Origin: Cirrosporium novae-zelandiae
Lineage: Eukaryota
NCBI GenBank assembly: GCA_026023565.1
Contig: JAPETS010000009.1
Location: 372,001 to 436,000, forward strand
Direction: 5' to 3'
Length of the DNA stretch: 64,000 nt
Shown: piece after piece, positions 36,167 through 48,047 of the stretch
Layout: each line of letters starts with the position of its first letter
Position numbering within the stretch: the stretch's first letter is position 1
Made by a program: the position numbers and the translations under genes
Notes under the pieces: generated by a model
What the model was told of the DNA's origin: nothing
The model's database searches: none
What the model saw: the letters and a program-made list of their open reading frames with translations, nothing else

Positions 36167-37483
36167 TGTTATTAGAACGGCTAGGTTATGTTATATTAGC
36201 AAAGAGAGAAGGAGAAACCCGACAGGTAGATGCAACTTGCGATGAAACACCAATGCGCCGTGAAGGTTAGCTTTTTCGAAAGAAATTAGTTCTGCTAAAG
36301 CTCAGATTAAAGCCTTGAGAAGATATAACATGCGATGTATGAGGCGTGATTTCAATTATGATTATTTAAAAGATTCTTAGCAGATAGCAAGATATATTGA
36401 TGGTTGACAATTTCGGTTGTTAACTCTTTGTGCTTGGCTGAGGTTGAATGATTGAGGGATCGACTAATGAATGAAAAAAAAAGAACCAGAAAGTGTTGAA
36501 ATGGAAGATTTTATTTTTATAAGGTGAGAACTGCCCCGCGTTGTTTGTCTGAGAACCGTATTGCAGTTACGTTACCAAGGACACTTCTAAATGGTTCTTC
36601 GGTTCAAGAGGCTCCAGGAACAATAGCGGAATGGGTTAGCACTCCTTTATCAGTGGCAAGTCTCTAAAGGCTAATTCAGTCTCCCTCGTCCAACCGAGAC
36701 AGTTTTACTCACTAACTCGAATCATTCACTGGCCGCAGAGCAAGGGCGCTAGCGGGAGATATCAATAGGAAGATATATAATATCTAATACCACCAACCCT
36801 CTCGAGCCTTCGGGCCTATGCTGCAATCCTATGCTACAGTCCTATACTGCAGACCTATAAAACCGAGTAAATCCACAGTAGACTTAGCCGACGCGAGAGG
36901 CTAAGAATGCTGGAGGATAGTGTTGGTTTTCGTAAACTGGATCCCCAATGGCAACGTGCCAATAGGTCCAGTTGGCGATTTGTCTCGCCAACAGATTTAG
37001 GTTTTGAATCTGGGATGCTGCCAAATTAATATTTAACATTCTTTTTTTATGACCTTGTCGTCTAACCTTACTTCTCTCCTTTTCCATTCTACGGGAGATT
37101 CCAACTAATCGTTGACATGCCATAGATCTGTCACCGGTATCCGACTCACAATTGACAACAAATACGACTATACGCTAGTCTATGTGAAGATATTTCTTGG
37201 CAAAGAAGATTGTGGATAACTGATGTGTGCCGCATCTAAGTGGTGCTATGAAGCCAATCAAAAGCCCAACATTATCCCACCAACCAGAGGTAATATCATA
37301 TTCCCTCTCCCTCTCATTACTTCTTGGACTTTCTGATTTTGGGATCTCTTGTTCATGTAAGACATGCACTACGAGCTCTCCAGTGCTGGCTGAAAGCTTC
37401 CAAGGCCTAACCAACGAAAAATCATGTCCATCTTCAGTCCCCTTCATTTTTAATCCCTCGAAGCTCCGCAAATGGCTTCCATT

Positions 37484-37890
37484 CAGTGTTGTCAATAGAC
37501 TAGACCAAATACACGGTCTATAGACCTTAGGCCGACCGGACCAAACATTTTAATACACCCACCAGACCTTGATTACCTAAAGTCTACTTGGTCTATATAC
37601 ATACGAATTATAGAATAGGGGGATATATTTTTAGGATATTGAAATTGATCGGGGTATCGGCGTTCGGTATTTTATTTTTTACATATTATTTTATCCTCAC
37701 GTAATAACACGTGGAAATAAAGTGCTGTTGTCCCGACGCCGAGAATATAAGCTCCAGGGAGACTAATATCTAGGTGTGACTGTGTGGATAATGCATTGGA
37801 TGAAGAGCTAAGCTAAGGTGTAGGCCCACCTTATAAGATGAGCCTATGGTGCATGCCCTGCCCTAATGGCCTAGTCTATTGACAATACTG
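37484..37890. mobile_element. hAT-type MITE, 407 bp, perfect TSD
   Basis: TIRs CAGTGTTGTCAATAGACTAG and (rc) CAGTATTGTCAATAGACTAG match 19 of 20. Perfect 8-bp TSD CTTCCATT at 37476-37483 and 37891-37898. Confidence 0.93.
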
Positions 37891-38848
37891 CTTCCATTAC
37901 CCATAACACACCATTTTGCATGCGAGTGAGCAATGGAATGCACTGCACCACCTTTTTCATCAAATCCAGATTCTAAGATACCTGATATCGGACATATGTC
38001 ACAAACAATCTTCCAAGATCTTTCATCGCCCTCATACCACTCAACTCATCTTTAAACGCTTCCAATATCTAGCTTCTAGATTCAGACCCCCCGCAACCCC
38101 TCTCCCTTGTTCTCCTAAATGATGAATTGCTAGAATACTGGATATTCAAGATAATAGCACCCTGGACCTATATACGCCAGCTCTTCGATCCTTACTGGAC
38201 CATCCATGCCCTTCTTCTTCTTCTTCTTCTAACAAAAAAGAAACTCCTTTTCCCGAGACTTACTTACACCTTGAACGAAACCGACAAATCGGCATAAGGA
38301 GGCATATTTAACGTATATAACAACAACGGATATGAATACGAAGCGACAGGTTTACCCAGTCCCCATATGCCATTTCCCGAACTGGCTACCAAATGACTAT
38401 ATCGCTGGTAGGCATGTTGTTAATGCAGGGGGGGGATCTGATTAGCCCAATGACAAAGATTCTAAGGAGGGCTCAATATGGATTCAGCAAAGAAAGTTGA
38501 TTACCTGAGCCTTTGCCTGAAAATAGTGGATTTGACTTATCATAATCCTTTACACAACATTCCTGATTACTAGCGATAGCCATTTGGTGGCCAGTCCAGG
38601 AGATCAGCAGATAATAATTTTCAATCAGTCAGTCTAGTCAGTCAGTTGAAGAAGAAAAAAGACATGGAACTTTTTATATGATTAAATCTATACCAATATT
38701 AATACCCTTACTTTCTCCTATAGTTATAGGGACCACGGAAAATAGTAAGAGATCATGGACAAGAAACATTGAAGAGGGAGAATTAAAGGAACAAAAGGAG
38801 GTTCCCTTTTGAAAGTATATATATTCGAATCTGTATATGCGAGAGAGA

Positions 38849-38914
38849 ATGTGTGTATGTGTACGTGTATGTGTATGTGTCTGTATGTGTATGTGTATGT
38901 GTATGTGTATGTGT
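38849..38914. repeat. (TGTATG)n-type microsatellite
   Basis: About 11 imperfect hexamer units, directly visible. Confidence 0.85.
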
Positions 38915-40032
38915 AGCACGACACACAATCCATCACTTAATTATTTATTTGTTACTTACCTCCTACCTAGATACCTAGGTATATATACACGCCACACACT
39001 CCGAACAAATCATACTAAAAACCTCACATGATTTACTTTTTAACTAACACCATTAATCTAGTTTTGTACATGTACAAAAAACTTTGGATTTAAGATTATT
39101 AGACTGTGTGTGTGGCATTTTAAAATAATTTAACTACCTAGGTACTTACTCGCGGGAGGGAGGGCGAGGTGGGTAAAAGGCATCACATTTTAGGTGTTTG
39201 TGATTATTGAGTTTTTTAAATGGATTGATGGATTTTATGAATTGGATATGTATATATTTAGGCCAACTGACAATTTTATATCTAACGATCCAATCAAACA
39301 AACATGCTCCCTCTTTCGTTTATATCCATCCCTTCCCATATTCATATAATAATTTATCGCATCTATTTTTCTTTTTTTTTCTTTTTCTTTTCTTTTTTCT
39401 AGCAGCAGCGAGGAACTAGAAGATCTAGAATGTAGAAGAGGGTATTAGCAAGTGGATTGCTGAGCTTTGTGTGCTTTCCCAAACAGTTGTTGCACCTACC
39501 CGAAATCGGTTAGGTTATATATTTGCATAGTTTGCATAGTTTGCTTAGTTTATGTATATAACCCCCAGCGAGTTTACACCTTAGAATGAAATCCCCAAGG
39601 CTTTATTTATATGACTCCTTGCGCCCTTTCCAATCTTCCCGGGAGCCCGTTTCGGCATTACTCCGATTCATCAGTGTGTGTCTCTGGCTGGTGGAAGAAC
39701 TGCAATCTCATAAAGAGAAAGATAACTACATCAGAAAAGCAACAGCTCTAGCTCAAACTCCAGTTCCAACGCTTCCAGCTCCTTCGATTTGGACTCGGAG
39801 TCAGACTCATCTACCAACTCCGTCAGTTCGAAAAGTGCTAACAACAGCTGCTCAGCCGTAGCCTCGCATTCAGTTCACACTTATTCGGTCACCCGAACAC
39901 CTCTTAGTACCCTCACATCAATCCACCAATTACTCATCCATATTCATTTACATCACCCCCGATCGCAGCAAAGACTATATCACTCATCTATACAGATTAA
40001 CTTATAGAAATCGAATAACATCGACATTAGCC

Positions 40033-41124
40033 GTGCTTATGACCAGTAACTCAAGATATACGGGTGAAGCCAAGCCGAGCTTATGCTATATCATAACTTC
40101 AACAACGACATCTCTAATATATAATGAATGCAGCAATGGCGATATTTCAGCTCCCTCTACTCAATTCGAGCCTAGTAACAAAATACCTACGAGAAAAGAA
40201 ATGGTTGAAAAAGCCCCAAGATCAGATGCCGATCCAGTAGCTTTAAGAATTCTTTCTAAAAAGCTACCCTCCACATATTATCAATTTGATAACTTTGAAA
40301 AATCTTCCTTCGCCTTTAGTCTGTGGCATGGCACACAATGGAATGGCGTATATACGCCAAACCCGGCTGTTGTCGTTCTGCAGAACCAGCTCACAGGATG
40401 ATCCAGCAGGATTTTGGTTCTACCTTTTTTTCTTCTGGGCTACTAGATGGTATGTGAAACTTCCGCTCTCTGAAGACACGGAGTTTTTGATGCAAGGAAA
40501 ATAAAGAAAGTGTACCATCATGCAAACGAGAGCAAATACGAATCTCTAAGCCACACGTAGCCCATAGAGCATTAGGACCCGTGAAAGGCATCAGACGAAC
40601 GGTACTCCCATGGTTTATAAAAGTGGGAGTTGATGGGTCGATATTGGAGACAAATGAATGTGGGACATGGGAGGTGCTTTCCGCAGCTCATAGAAACTTA
40701 ACAGCACCTTTCAGTTCGCCATCAGGGTTAGAGAACTGGTATAGAACTATCCCGTATGCCTTTCCTGCTTCTACCCCGATTCGAGGGTCAGGATCCATAT
40801 CTGATACATTTATTGGACAACGACGATGGACAGATCCTATGGTCCAATTCCAATTGCAGACTTTTCAACCATACAATAAAGCACAATACTATTGGATCTT
40901 GGAGAATGAACGCGACGAGACTTGTATACAACTCTTTCAAAGGTGCTATTATAGCTGAATATAATACTTTTGGAGAAAATTCCTTTTTTTATAAAAGGGA
41001 TCAGGTGTATAAAAAAAATCTAAAAAATATATTCGATGGATTAGTTGAGCCTACTGACCGAGAGTCTTCTAACCAACAAGATATATTTGCGGAAGGAACA
41101 CAGGCTTGGGAAATTGTAGAGTGA
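40033..41124 (+). pseudogene. Frameshifted coding-like relic of unknown function
   Basis: Chain of overlapping same-strand frames with globular composition (FSLWHGTQWNG, GFWFYLFFFWATRW followed by GTATGT, VLPWFIKVG, AQYYWILE, AIIAEYNTFG). No family recognised. Confidence 0.4.
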
Positions 41125-43554
41125 ATAAAGGGATAGGGTATTTCCTATATTTATACAGGTTTTGATATTATGAATTTGTATTTTGTGTTTTGATTTTTTT
41201 GTGCAGTCTGGGTCGACTGCAGATAGGGAAGGGCAGGATTATATGGCAGAGTAGGTCGACAACCCTACTTTATTACATGTAGTCTCACCCCAAAAAGTGA
41301 TATTTGTTTTTGTTTGGTTATAAAAGCGAGCGAGTTAGCGAGTTACGGGAGAGCATCAATATTCATCTTCATTATTCGAGATTAACCAATTACCTATTTA
41401 CCAATTGAGACTATTATCTACGAATTATCTATCTTCAATACGCGTACGGGTATCATGAACAGAAACCTTACACTCCATGAGCATGCAGACCCGCTCCACT
41501 ACAATATATATATATTGGATTGTTTGATTTGATTTGGCTAAAAAGTAAGGGGGGGGATATGTTGAAAGGATATTATATTGTAATATTGTAAAAGGGGGAA
41601 GGGGGTAGGGATAGCAGCAAGAAAGAAAGAGAACAGAGCCCATGGCGGGTACACGGTTGATTAGTTATATACATACATATATACATATATCCTTTGAAGG
41701 TGTCAGGTAATTAAGCTTCTTCTTCTTCTTTTTTATCAAAGAAGAAGACAATATACTTTCCTACCCATTTTCCAGATCATTAATAACCTCCTTATTTCCA
41801 CCCTCCTTCCCAGAACCGATGACCCTAAGAGCCCCCCCCCCCATCATCAGTTCATTACAAATAAGTACCTAAGTAGCTTTAACAAATTTCCAATATCGCT
41901 ATTATTATTATTATTATCCAGATTTATCTTTTCGCGGGTGGGAGTTTGGATTAGTATAATTGCGTCGTTAGTCGACTTGAGAAGAGGAGAGGAGAGAAGA
42001 GAAGAGGGAGGGGGGTCGATTATATATAGATAGGCTAGTAGTGGGGCTGCCGGTGGTGGTGGTGGTGGTGGTGGTAGTGATAGTGGTGGTGCTACTGCTG
42101 CTGCTGTAGGGACCATTACTGATCTGATTCAGGAGCAGCAAAGTATTATCATTATTCCTACTCCTACTGTTTACTACTTATACCACCAACAAAAAAATAA
42201 GAAGCCAAATATCCAAAGCTAAATAAAAATATTAAAAACCTAACCTAAGCTAATCCTTTCTCTTTCTTTCTTTCTTTTATTCTTTCCCCTAGGAAACAAA
42301 ATAAGAATTTTTTTTTTTTTTAGGGTTTTTCATTTGTTTCACTGTTGGTCTCAGACAGATAAACAGACAGAATGTTATGGAATGATACGAACGAAATGAA
42401 TGAATGAATAAATGAAAAGGATGCGGGGATGGGAAAGGAAAGGAGCATATCTAAGTACCTACATATACATGTACATGTAATGCATGGATGGGAGGCTACA
42501 GTAGTAATAGTAGAACTACCTACCTACCTATTTACCTAAGGGATTCCACGTACTATAAAAAAAAAGTTCCACTTCCAATTCCATAATAGTTCTAATTAGA
42601 AGATAATATCCAACTCTCTTTTACTCGACCAGAAAAGAAAGAAATATGGCTTTTTTTTATTTTTTTATTATGTGTTGGGTTGGGGTTCGGTTTATTGAGA
42701 AAGAAAAAAAATAAAAAATAAACAAATAAACAAATAAATATATCTACTACTCACTACCAACCGACTCGACTGACTCGACTGACCGACTATTGGCTATTGG
42801 CTATTGGATAGGCTATATATACCTAGGTAGGTAGGTAGGTAGATAGGTATGGTATGGTATCCAAGACTTAGAGAGAAGCCTAGAATAGAATTCAAGTCCT
42901 AATCAATAATTCACACACACACACAGACAGAAGCTTGTCTTTGTTTATTTGTTTGGGATATTGTATATAGATATGACATAACATGGAGCAATAGATGAAT
43001 AAATAAATATTGGGTTGTTTGTAATGCTAATGAATGATTTATTCATTGTATCTATTGTATTTGTTTATAACTAACCATAGTACAGTATATATACCATTTC
43101 AATCAAACACACACACATACACACACATATATATATATATATACAAACCCATAAATACAAATTTTCAAAAAACTAAAAAAAATACACACAATTTCCCATA
43201 TTCCAGGAATAAATAAATATAGGATAAGATAGGGATACAAAGAATATAGGTTACAGTAGGTTATTTCTATTTCCTAAAAGTTTTTTTTTTTTTCGCTGGG
43301 TGTCTTCCTCTTACCCCCCCCTCAGCTAGTTACTAAATAGATATATCTTCCCCCTATCGATTTAATTTATATAGTAAAGGATCCTCTCTTTCTTTCTTTT
43401 TCTTTCTCTTTCTCTACCATCGAGGCTAGGGTACTGTGTAAGATAGGGGAGGGAGGGGGGAAGGGGGGGTTCGGTTATAAATCTTACTATCTGAGAATAT
43501 AGTCGATAGGTATGGAGGTATAGAGGTATAGAGAGGGTTATCTTATCCTCCTGA

Positions 43555-43831
43555 CAGTAAAAGGAATAAGACCAGACCAACCAGACCAACCAGACCAAAG
43601 GCCCTCCGGCTAGGCGGTCGGTCATATAATATAACTATTATACAATTGTATTAGTAATATCATAAGTATTCTAGATATATATATATATACGCGTGATTAG
43701 ACCATATAGATTTTGGGCAATCAAGGTCTAGTCGGTTTATAAAAAAAAAACTTGGTCTAGGCTGGTCGGTCTCAGGTCTATAGATTGTCTGGGGTAGACC
43801 GTCTATTTGGTCTAGTCTATTCCCTTCACTG
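43555..43831. mobile_element. hAT-type MITE, GAAGGG TIR variant, 277 bp, left end decayed
   Basis: Right end GTCTATTTGGTCTAGTCTATTCCCTTCACTG; left end CAGTAAAAGGAATAAGACCAGACC. Interior aligns with 21110-21215. No adjacent TSD. Confidence 0.75.
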
Positions 43832-44065
43832 GGTATGGAGAGTCACACCCCCATAACGGTATCAAAAGTTGCTATGGGAAAGGAAAATAGTCCAAGGGTA
43901 AAGTAACATGAACATAGGTTATTTCGAGTCCCAAGTACAATAGATAGATAGATATGGATAAGGCAAAGCCGGGGCTAAGCTAGCCACGGGGGGCTTCCTA
44001 ACCCTCTCAGAGATTAACCTCCATCAAATCCATACTCTTATATTCCTCATATACTCTCACCAACA

Positions 44066-44783
44066 TCACAAAGAAAATTCCAACCTTTCACCACCAAAAA
44101 AAGTCAGCCCCTCTAAAAAAAAAATTCTCACAAAACCATTCCTCCCACACCACACCACACTACACCACTCACTCACTCACTCACTTACACCATCCACTAG
44201 ATCAAAAACTCACCTATTCCCAGCAAAATCCCTAATAAAAAACCTCTCCGGATACTCCCGCCCCACTGACCCCGAATTGCTCCCGGGCCTATCTACCATA
44301 TGAGGCGACGCCCTACTCCGACCGGTATAACTTTTATATATCTTATCCTGCAGCATCAACAGCGCTTCCGGCGAGTGCAATTTAAAGCACGGGTGGTTTT
44401 TGCATTGGAAAACGTTCGGGGGCATCGGGCCTACGCTGATGTGGACTTGTTGGCCGTTTGGCATTTCGAACCTGTTTGGGGAAAGAAAAGGTGGGAAGAG
44501 GTTAGTTAGAGCTTTTTTTTTATATATATTTGTATGGGGTTGGTGTTGTTGTTTTGGGGGTGGCGGTGTGACTGAAGGAGAGAAGATTTAAAGTGATAGA
44601 TGGGATGGGATGGGATAGGATGGGTAGGGAGCTTTGCCATTTTAAGGTATCTTGTTGCTGTGATGGTACAGGGATTTCTTTCATCCCGAGTAAGTCGCAC
44701 CAGAATTCGGGGGCGAGGGCTAGGGATTCTTTGTTGGGGACGCTGAGGTTGATGTGGGCGATGCCCATGATGCAGTCGTTCAT
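44066..44783 (-). CDS. Glyoxalase/bleomycin-resistance (VOC) family protein, 3 exons
   Basis: IAHINLSVP, FWCDLLG, W/FEMPNGQQVHIS, HPCFKL and RFFIRDFAGNR/LEFSL-stop. Intron 1 needs a GC donor. Confidence 0.85.
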
Positions 44784-45242
44784 GTTCGTTTTTTTCTTTT
44801 TGCACAAGGGTAAAAGTGTGGGGTACTTATTTTACGGAGAGATAAGTGTCTTTGGGTTGCGTGACGAAATATGGGATGTAACCCTTGAGTGAACTAAAAA
44901 GAAACTGACGAGGTTAAAAAGGATAGTAGGATAAATTCTTTTGCTGTCAAGGTTGCATGTAAATAGATAATTAAAAAGAAGATGTTATCTGGATGCAGAT
45001 CTGCTTTCACTTGTTGTTGAAACAAGATATGATACCCCGCCCCGAATTCGGCCCGTAACCGATCGGATAGATAGTCGGCCCTGTATTGGTACCTGTTATT
45101 GTTATTGTTATATTACCACCACTCAGTGTGTCCAGGTACCCATCAAACGTTTCGCTATCGCAATGGTTAATAATTCAATCCCTCCGCAATAAAAAATACC
45201 AGACAAATTATCCTACCATCTCTTTCAAATCCGCATTTGAAC

Positions 45243-46749
45243 TTAAGCATTAACTATTTTCGAGTCGACAGCGTGCATTTCCTTAGGAAATCGACAGTCG
45301 CTCCTCCAATACGAATGGTTCTGGCATCTATGCCCCATCACACAACGATCGTCGTCGCATTCTAGCCCATTTACGCAAGGCGTCAACCTCGCGATGAACC
45401 GTAAGGCTTCCAGTTCCTTACCCGTGAGCCGCGGGCCATGCTGGTGACTGCACATTTGCCATGGACAAACTCCGCCCAAGATATGATAATAGTTGCAGAG
45501 TTTCCGTGGCTTGATGCTGCTAACGATAGTCTGCACGGGCTTGAGAAGTGGATCGACTCGTTGTCCCTTGCTATTTTTGAGAACTACGGGCCGATATGGG
45601 GTATTGATTTCAGATTCATGCGTAATACTAGATACTGATGGTCTCTTTGTGGATACAGTAGACGCATAGCTTAATGGGAGCGAGGTTGGTGAACTTGGGG
45701 GGGTAGTGGAGAATGTGTGAGTCTGTAGCTTGGTATCTCGAAAAACAGACTGGAATGATGCCGTCTTAAACTTGTTTGCCAGTTCCGCAAGCTCCCTGGC
45801 AAATGGGGCGCCTTCCAGTAGGGTTATTCGACTAGCCGTGTTCTCATTTTCGCTATATGGTCCTAATAGTCGAGCATAACCATTGTCTGTCGGTCCTCCA
45901 AACATGATATGTTTGCAATGAGTGTTCTCGATATGTAACCTGAAGACCTCTAAGAGAAGATAAGCCATCTAGTTGAATGAAACCATTGGTATGAGCTTAC
46001 CCCTTATTTTATCGTCAGAACACTCCTTCCCGATCCCCGCGTTGATAAAATCGCAAAGAGGATCTCCCATGTTGAAGCCGCGAACAAACAATTCGATGTT
46101 CGAAGATTCCTCGAGTATATTTGCATTATGATAAGCCTTTCCCACCCCATTGATATTGGCATATACGCGGACAACGATGTTTACACTTTGACCGATATCA
46201 AGATTGCCACTAATATATTCACTCACACAGTCCCTCAGCTGCCTAGCAGCTTTCCGACCGCCCTGTTCACCATTTCTCACGAGTTCGTCTTGGAACTAAT
46301 CGTCTCATATCCATTAGCCGCATTCTATTCAGGTGTGTGGGAGCACTTATGAATCTTACACAAAGAGAGTCCCCGTCAACTAACACTATCACAAACGGAC
46401 GACAATCCTGTAGCACCTCAGTTTAGCCGCTATTCTCATGATCCAAGATATTAATTTGAAAGGAACAGTTAACCATAAGTTGCTCCATCTTCTTCACCTT
46501 GGCCTTTTCATCCTTCAGCTGGTTATGAATTACATCAACAAGCAGGGACTGCTGCTCCGCGTGTTTTTCCTTCTCCTCGCAATTTTCACGCGACTTCGTG
46601 AGATCATTTAATAGTGCCTGAGAACCAGTCCATTAAAAAGGGTTGTCAGCGACATATAAGAAATTGCCAACCTCAATAAGCATATTTTTTTGGCTTTCTG
46701 CCTCCTTAGCAGCATCAAACTGCTTCCAGTATGACACAATACTAGCCAT
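45243..46749 (-). CDS. Coiled-coil + NYN/PIN-like domain + tandem CCCH zinc-finger protein, 5 exons
   Basis: MASIVSYWKQF start, FVIVLVDGD, VRVYAN, FVRGFN, GKECSDDKIR, CKHIMFGGPTDNGYARLL, NSKGQRVD and LCNYYHILGGVCPWQMCSHQH. Confidence 0.85.
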
Positions 46750-48047
46750 AATGCCCCATGCGTACTCGAGTACAGAAATGGTGATAAAGCTTGGCTATCC
46801 TGAAAATAAAAGGGTAGATAGTAAATAGCTCGTGTAGGGGGAGATTTAGGGCCTTGAGCTTGTATTTAGAAGACAACCACCTCAGATATTTCTAGATGAT
46901 TCAGTCAGTCTGTCAGCCTAATCCTAGGTGTATGGGACAAATGAGGGGGAGAGTAGAATTCTGCCTTGAGCAACCTCAACCAAATTATAATTTTTGCCCA
47001 ATTAATGGTAAGTGCCAACAACTCATACGTGGATTTATGTGTGCCTATAGCGAGCCAGTGCGATGAGAAGAGATGACTGGTGACCTAGGAAACCGAACAC
47101 AACATCAAATTATCATTTAAAAGCCTTGGGATGTAGGCAATCCTCAGTTCATATGTAGCAACCCATCCCTGGTCATGTACAGTACACTGGTGCATGTGCA
47201 AGGCTGACATTCAACCAACAGGGTAGACGACTGGATTAAGGTGATTCGAAATGGCGAGGCTGAATAGAAGAAGTACCTAGTTACTATCAGATCCCCGAGA
47301 GGGCTGAAACCGAGTTACTGTAATGTTTGTACTCGCCGAATAGCGGGGTAGTTTTAGTCGACATGGTAGACTGTCTGTAGTTAACTTTTCACCGAGTGGA
47401 TCTTTGAAGTATACTCCAATATTGAAAACCACCCTCGTTAGAATATAGTCTATTTATAACTTAAAGGAAGAAAAGATATCTCTAATACCTACCAACTGCT
47501 ATCTCCCTAAGCTATGATATATACTCGTCAGGACTTCCTCACTCGCTGACTCTCATACCCCAGGCTCTTGACAAACTCCCCCTAACTCCCTCCTCAGACC
47601 AAGTATCAAAAGTCAAGGACCAGTAACTAAATGAATCTCATCTCCATTTCATTTCTTGCAATCAATGAATCAAAACAATATTTCAAGTTTCTCATCAGAA
47701 AAACAAACCACCTTCCCTCCCTCCTCCATGTCAATGCAGTCCAACCCTATCCAAAAAACAGCCCGGGTCCTTATATATATGCACGTCACATCAACATCTC
47801 GAACATCAACAATGGTCATATCATGACTTTCTTGTCTTGTCTCGTCTTGTTTGCCTGCCTGTCTGTTCTGTTCTGTTTCTGGTTCTGAGCTGGTCTTGTT
47901 TTTCTGTCTTTCGACTTTCTATCCAATTCAATTCAATTATCCCTTTGTTTCCTCATCCCCACTATCTGTCCTCCCCACACACGGACCCCCTCCCCCTTCC
48001 CCCACTCAACTTCTCAATCTCTTCAATTATCTAAAACTAATATTTCC

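Noticed and set aside
41700..43500. ORFs in the microsatellite-rich tract
   Set aside because: Translations of simple repeats such as (GGT)n, (TA)n and (CA)n.
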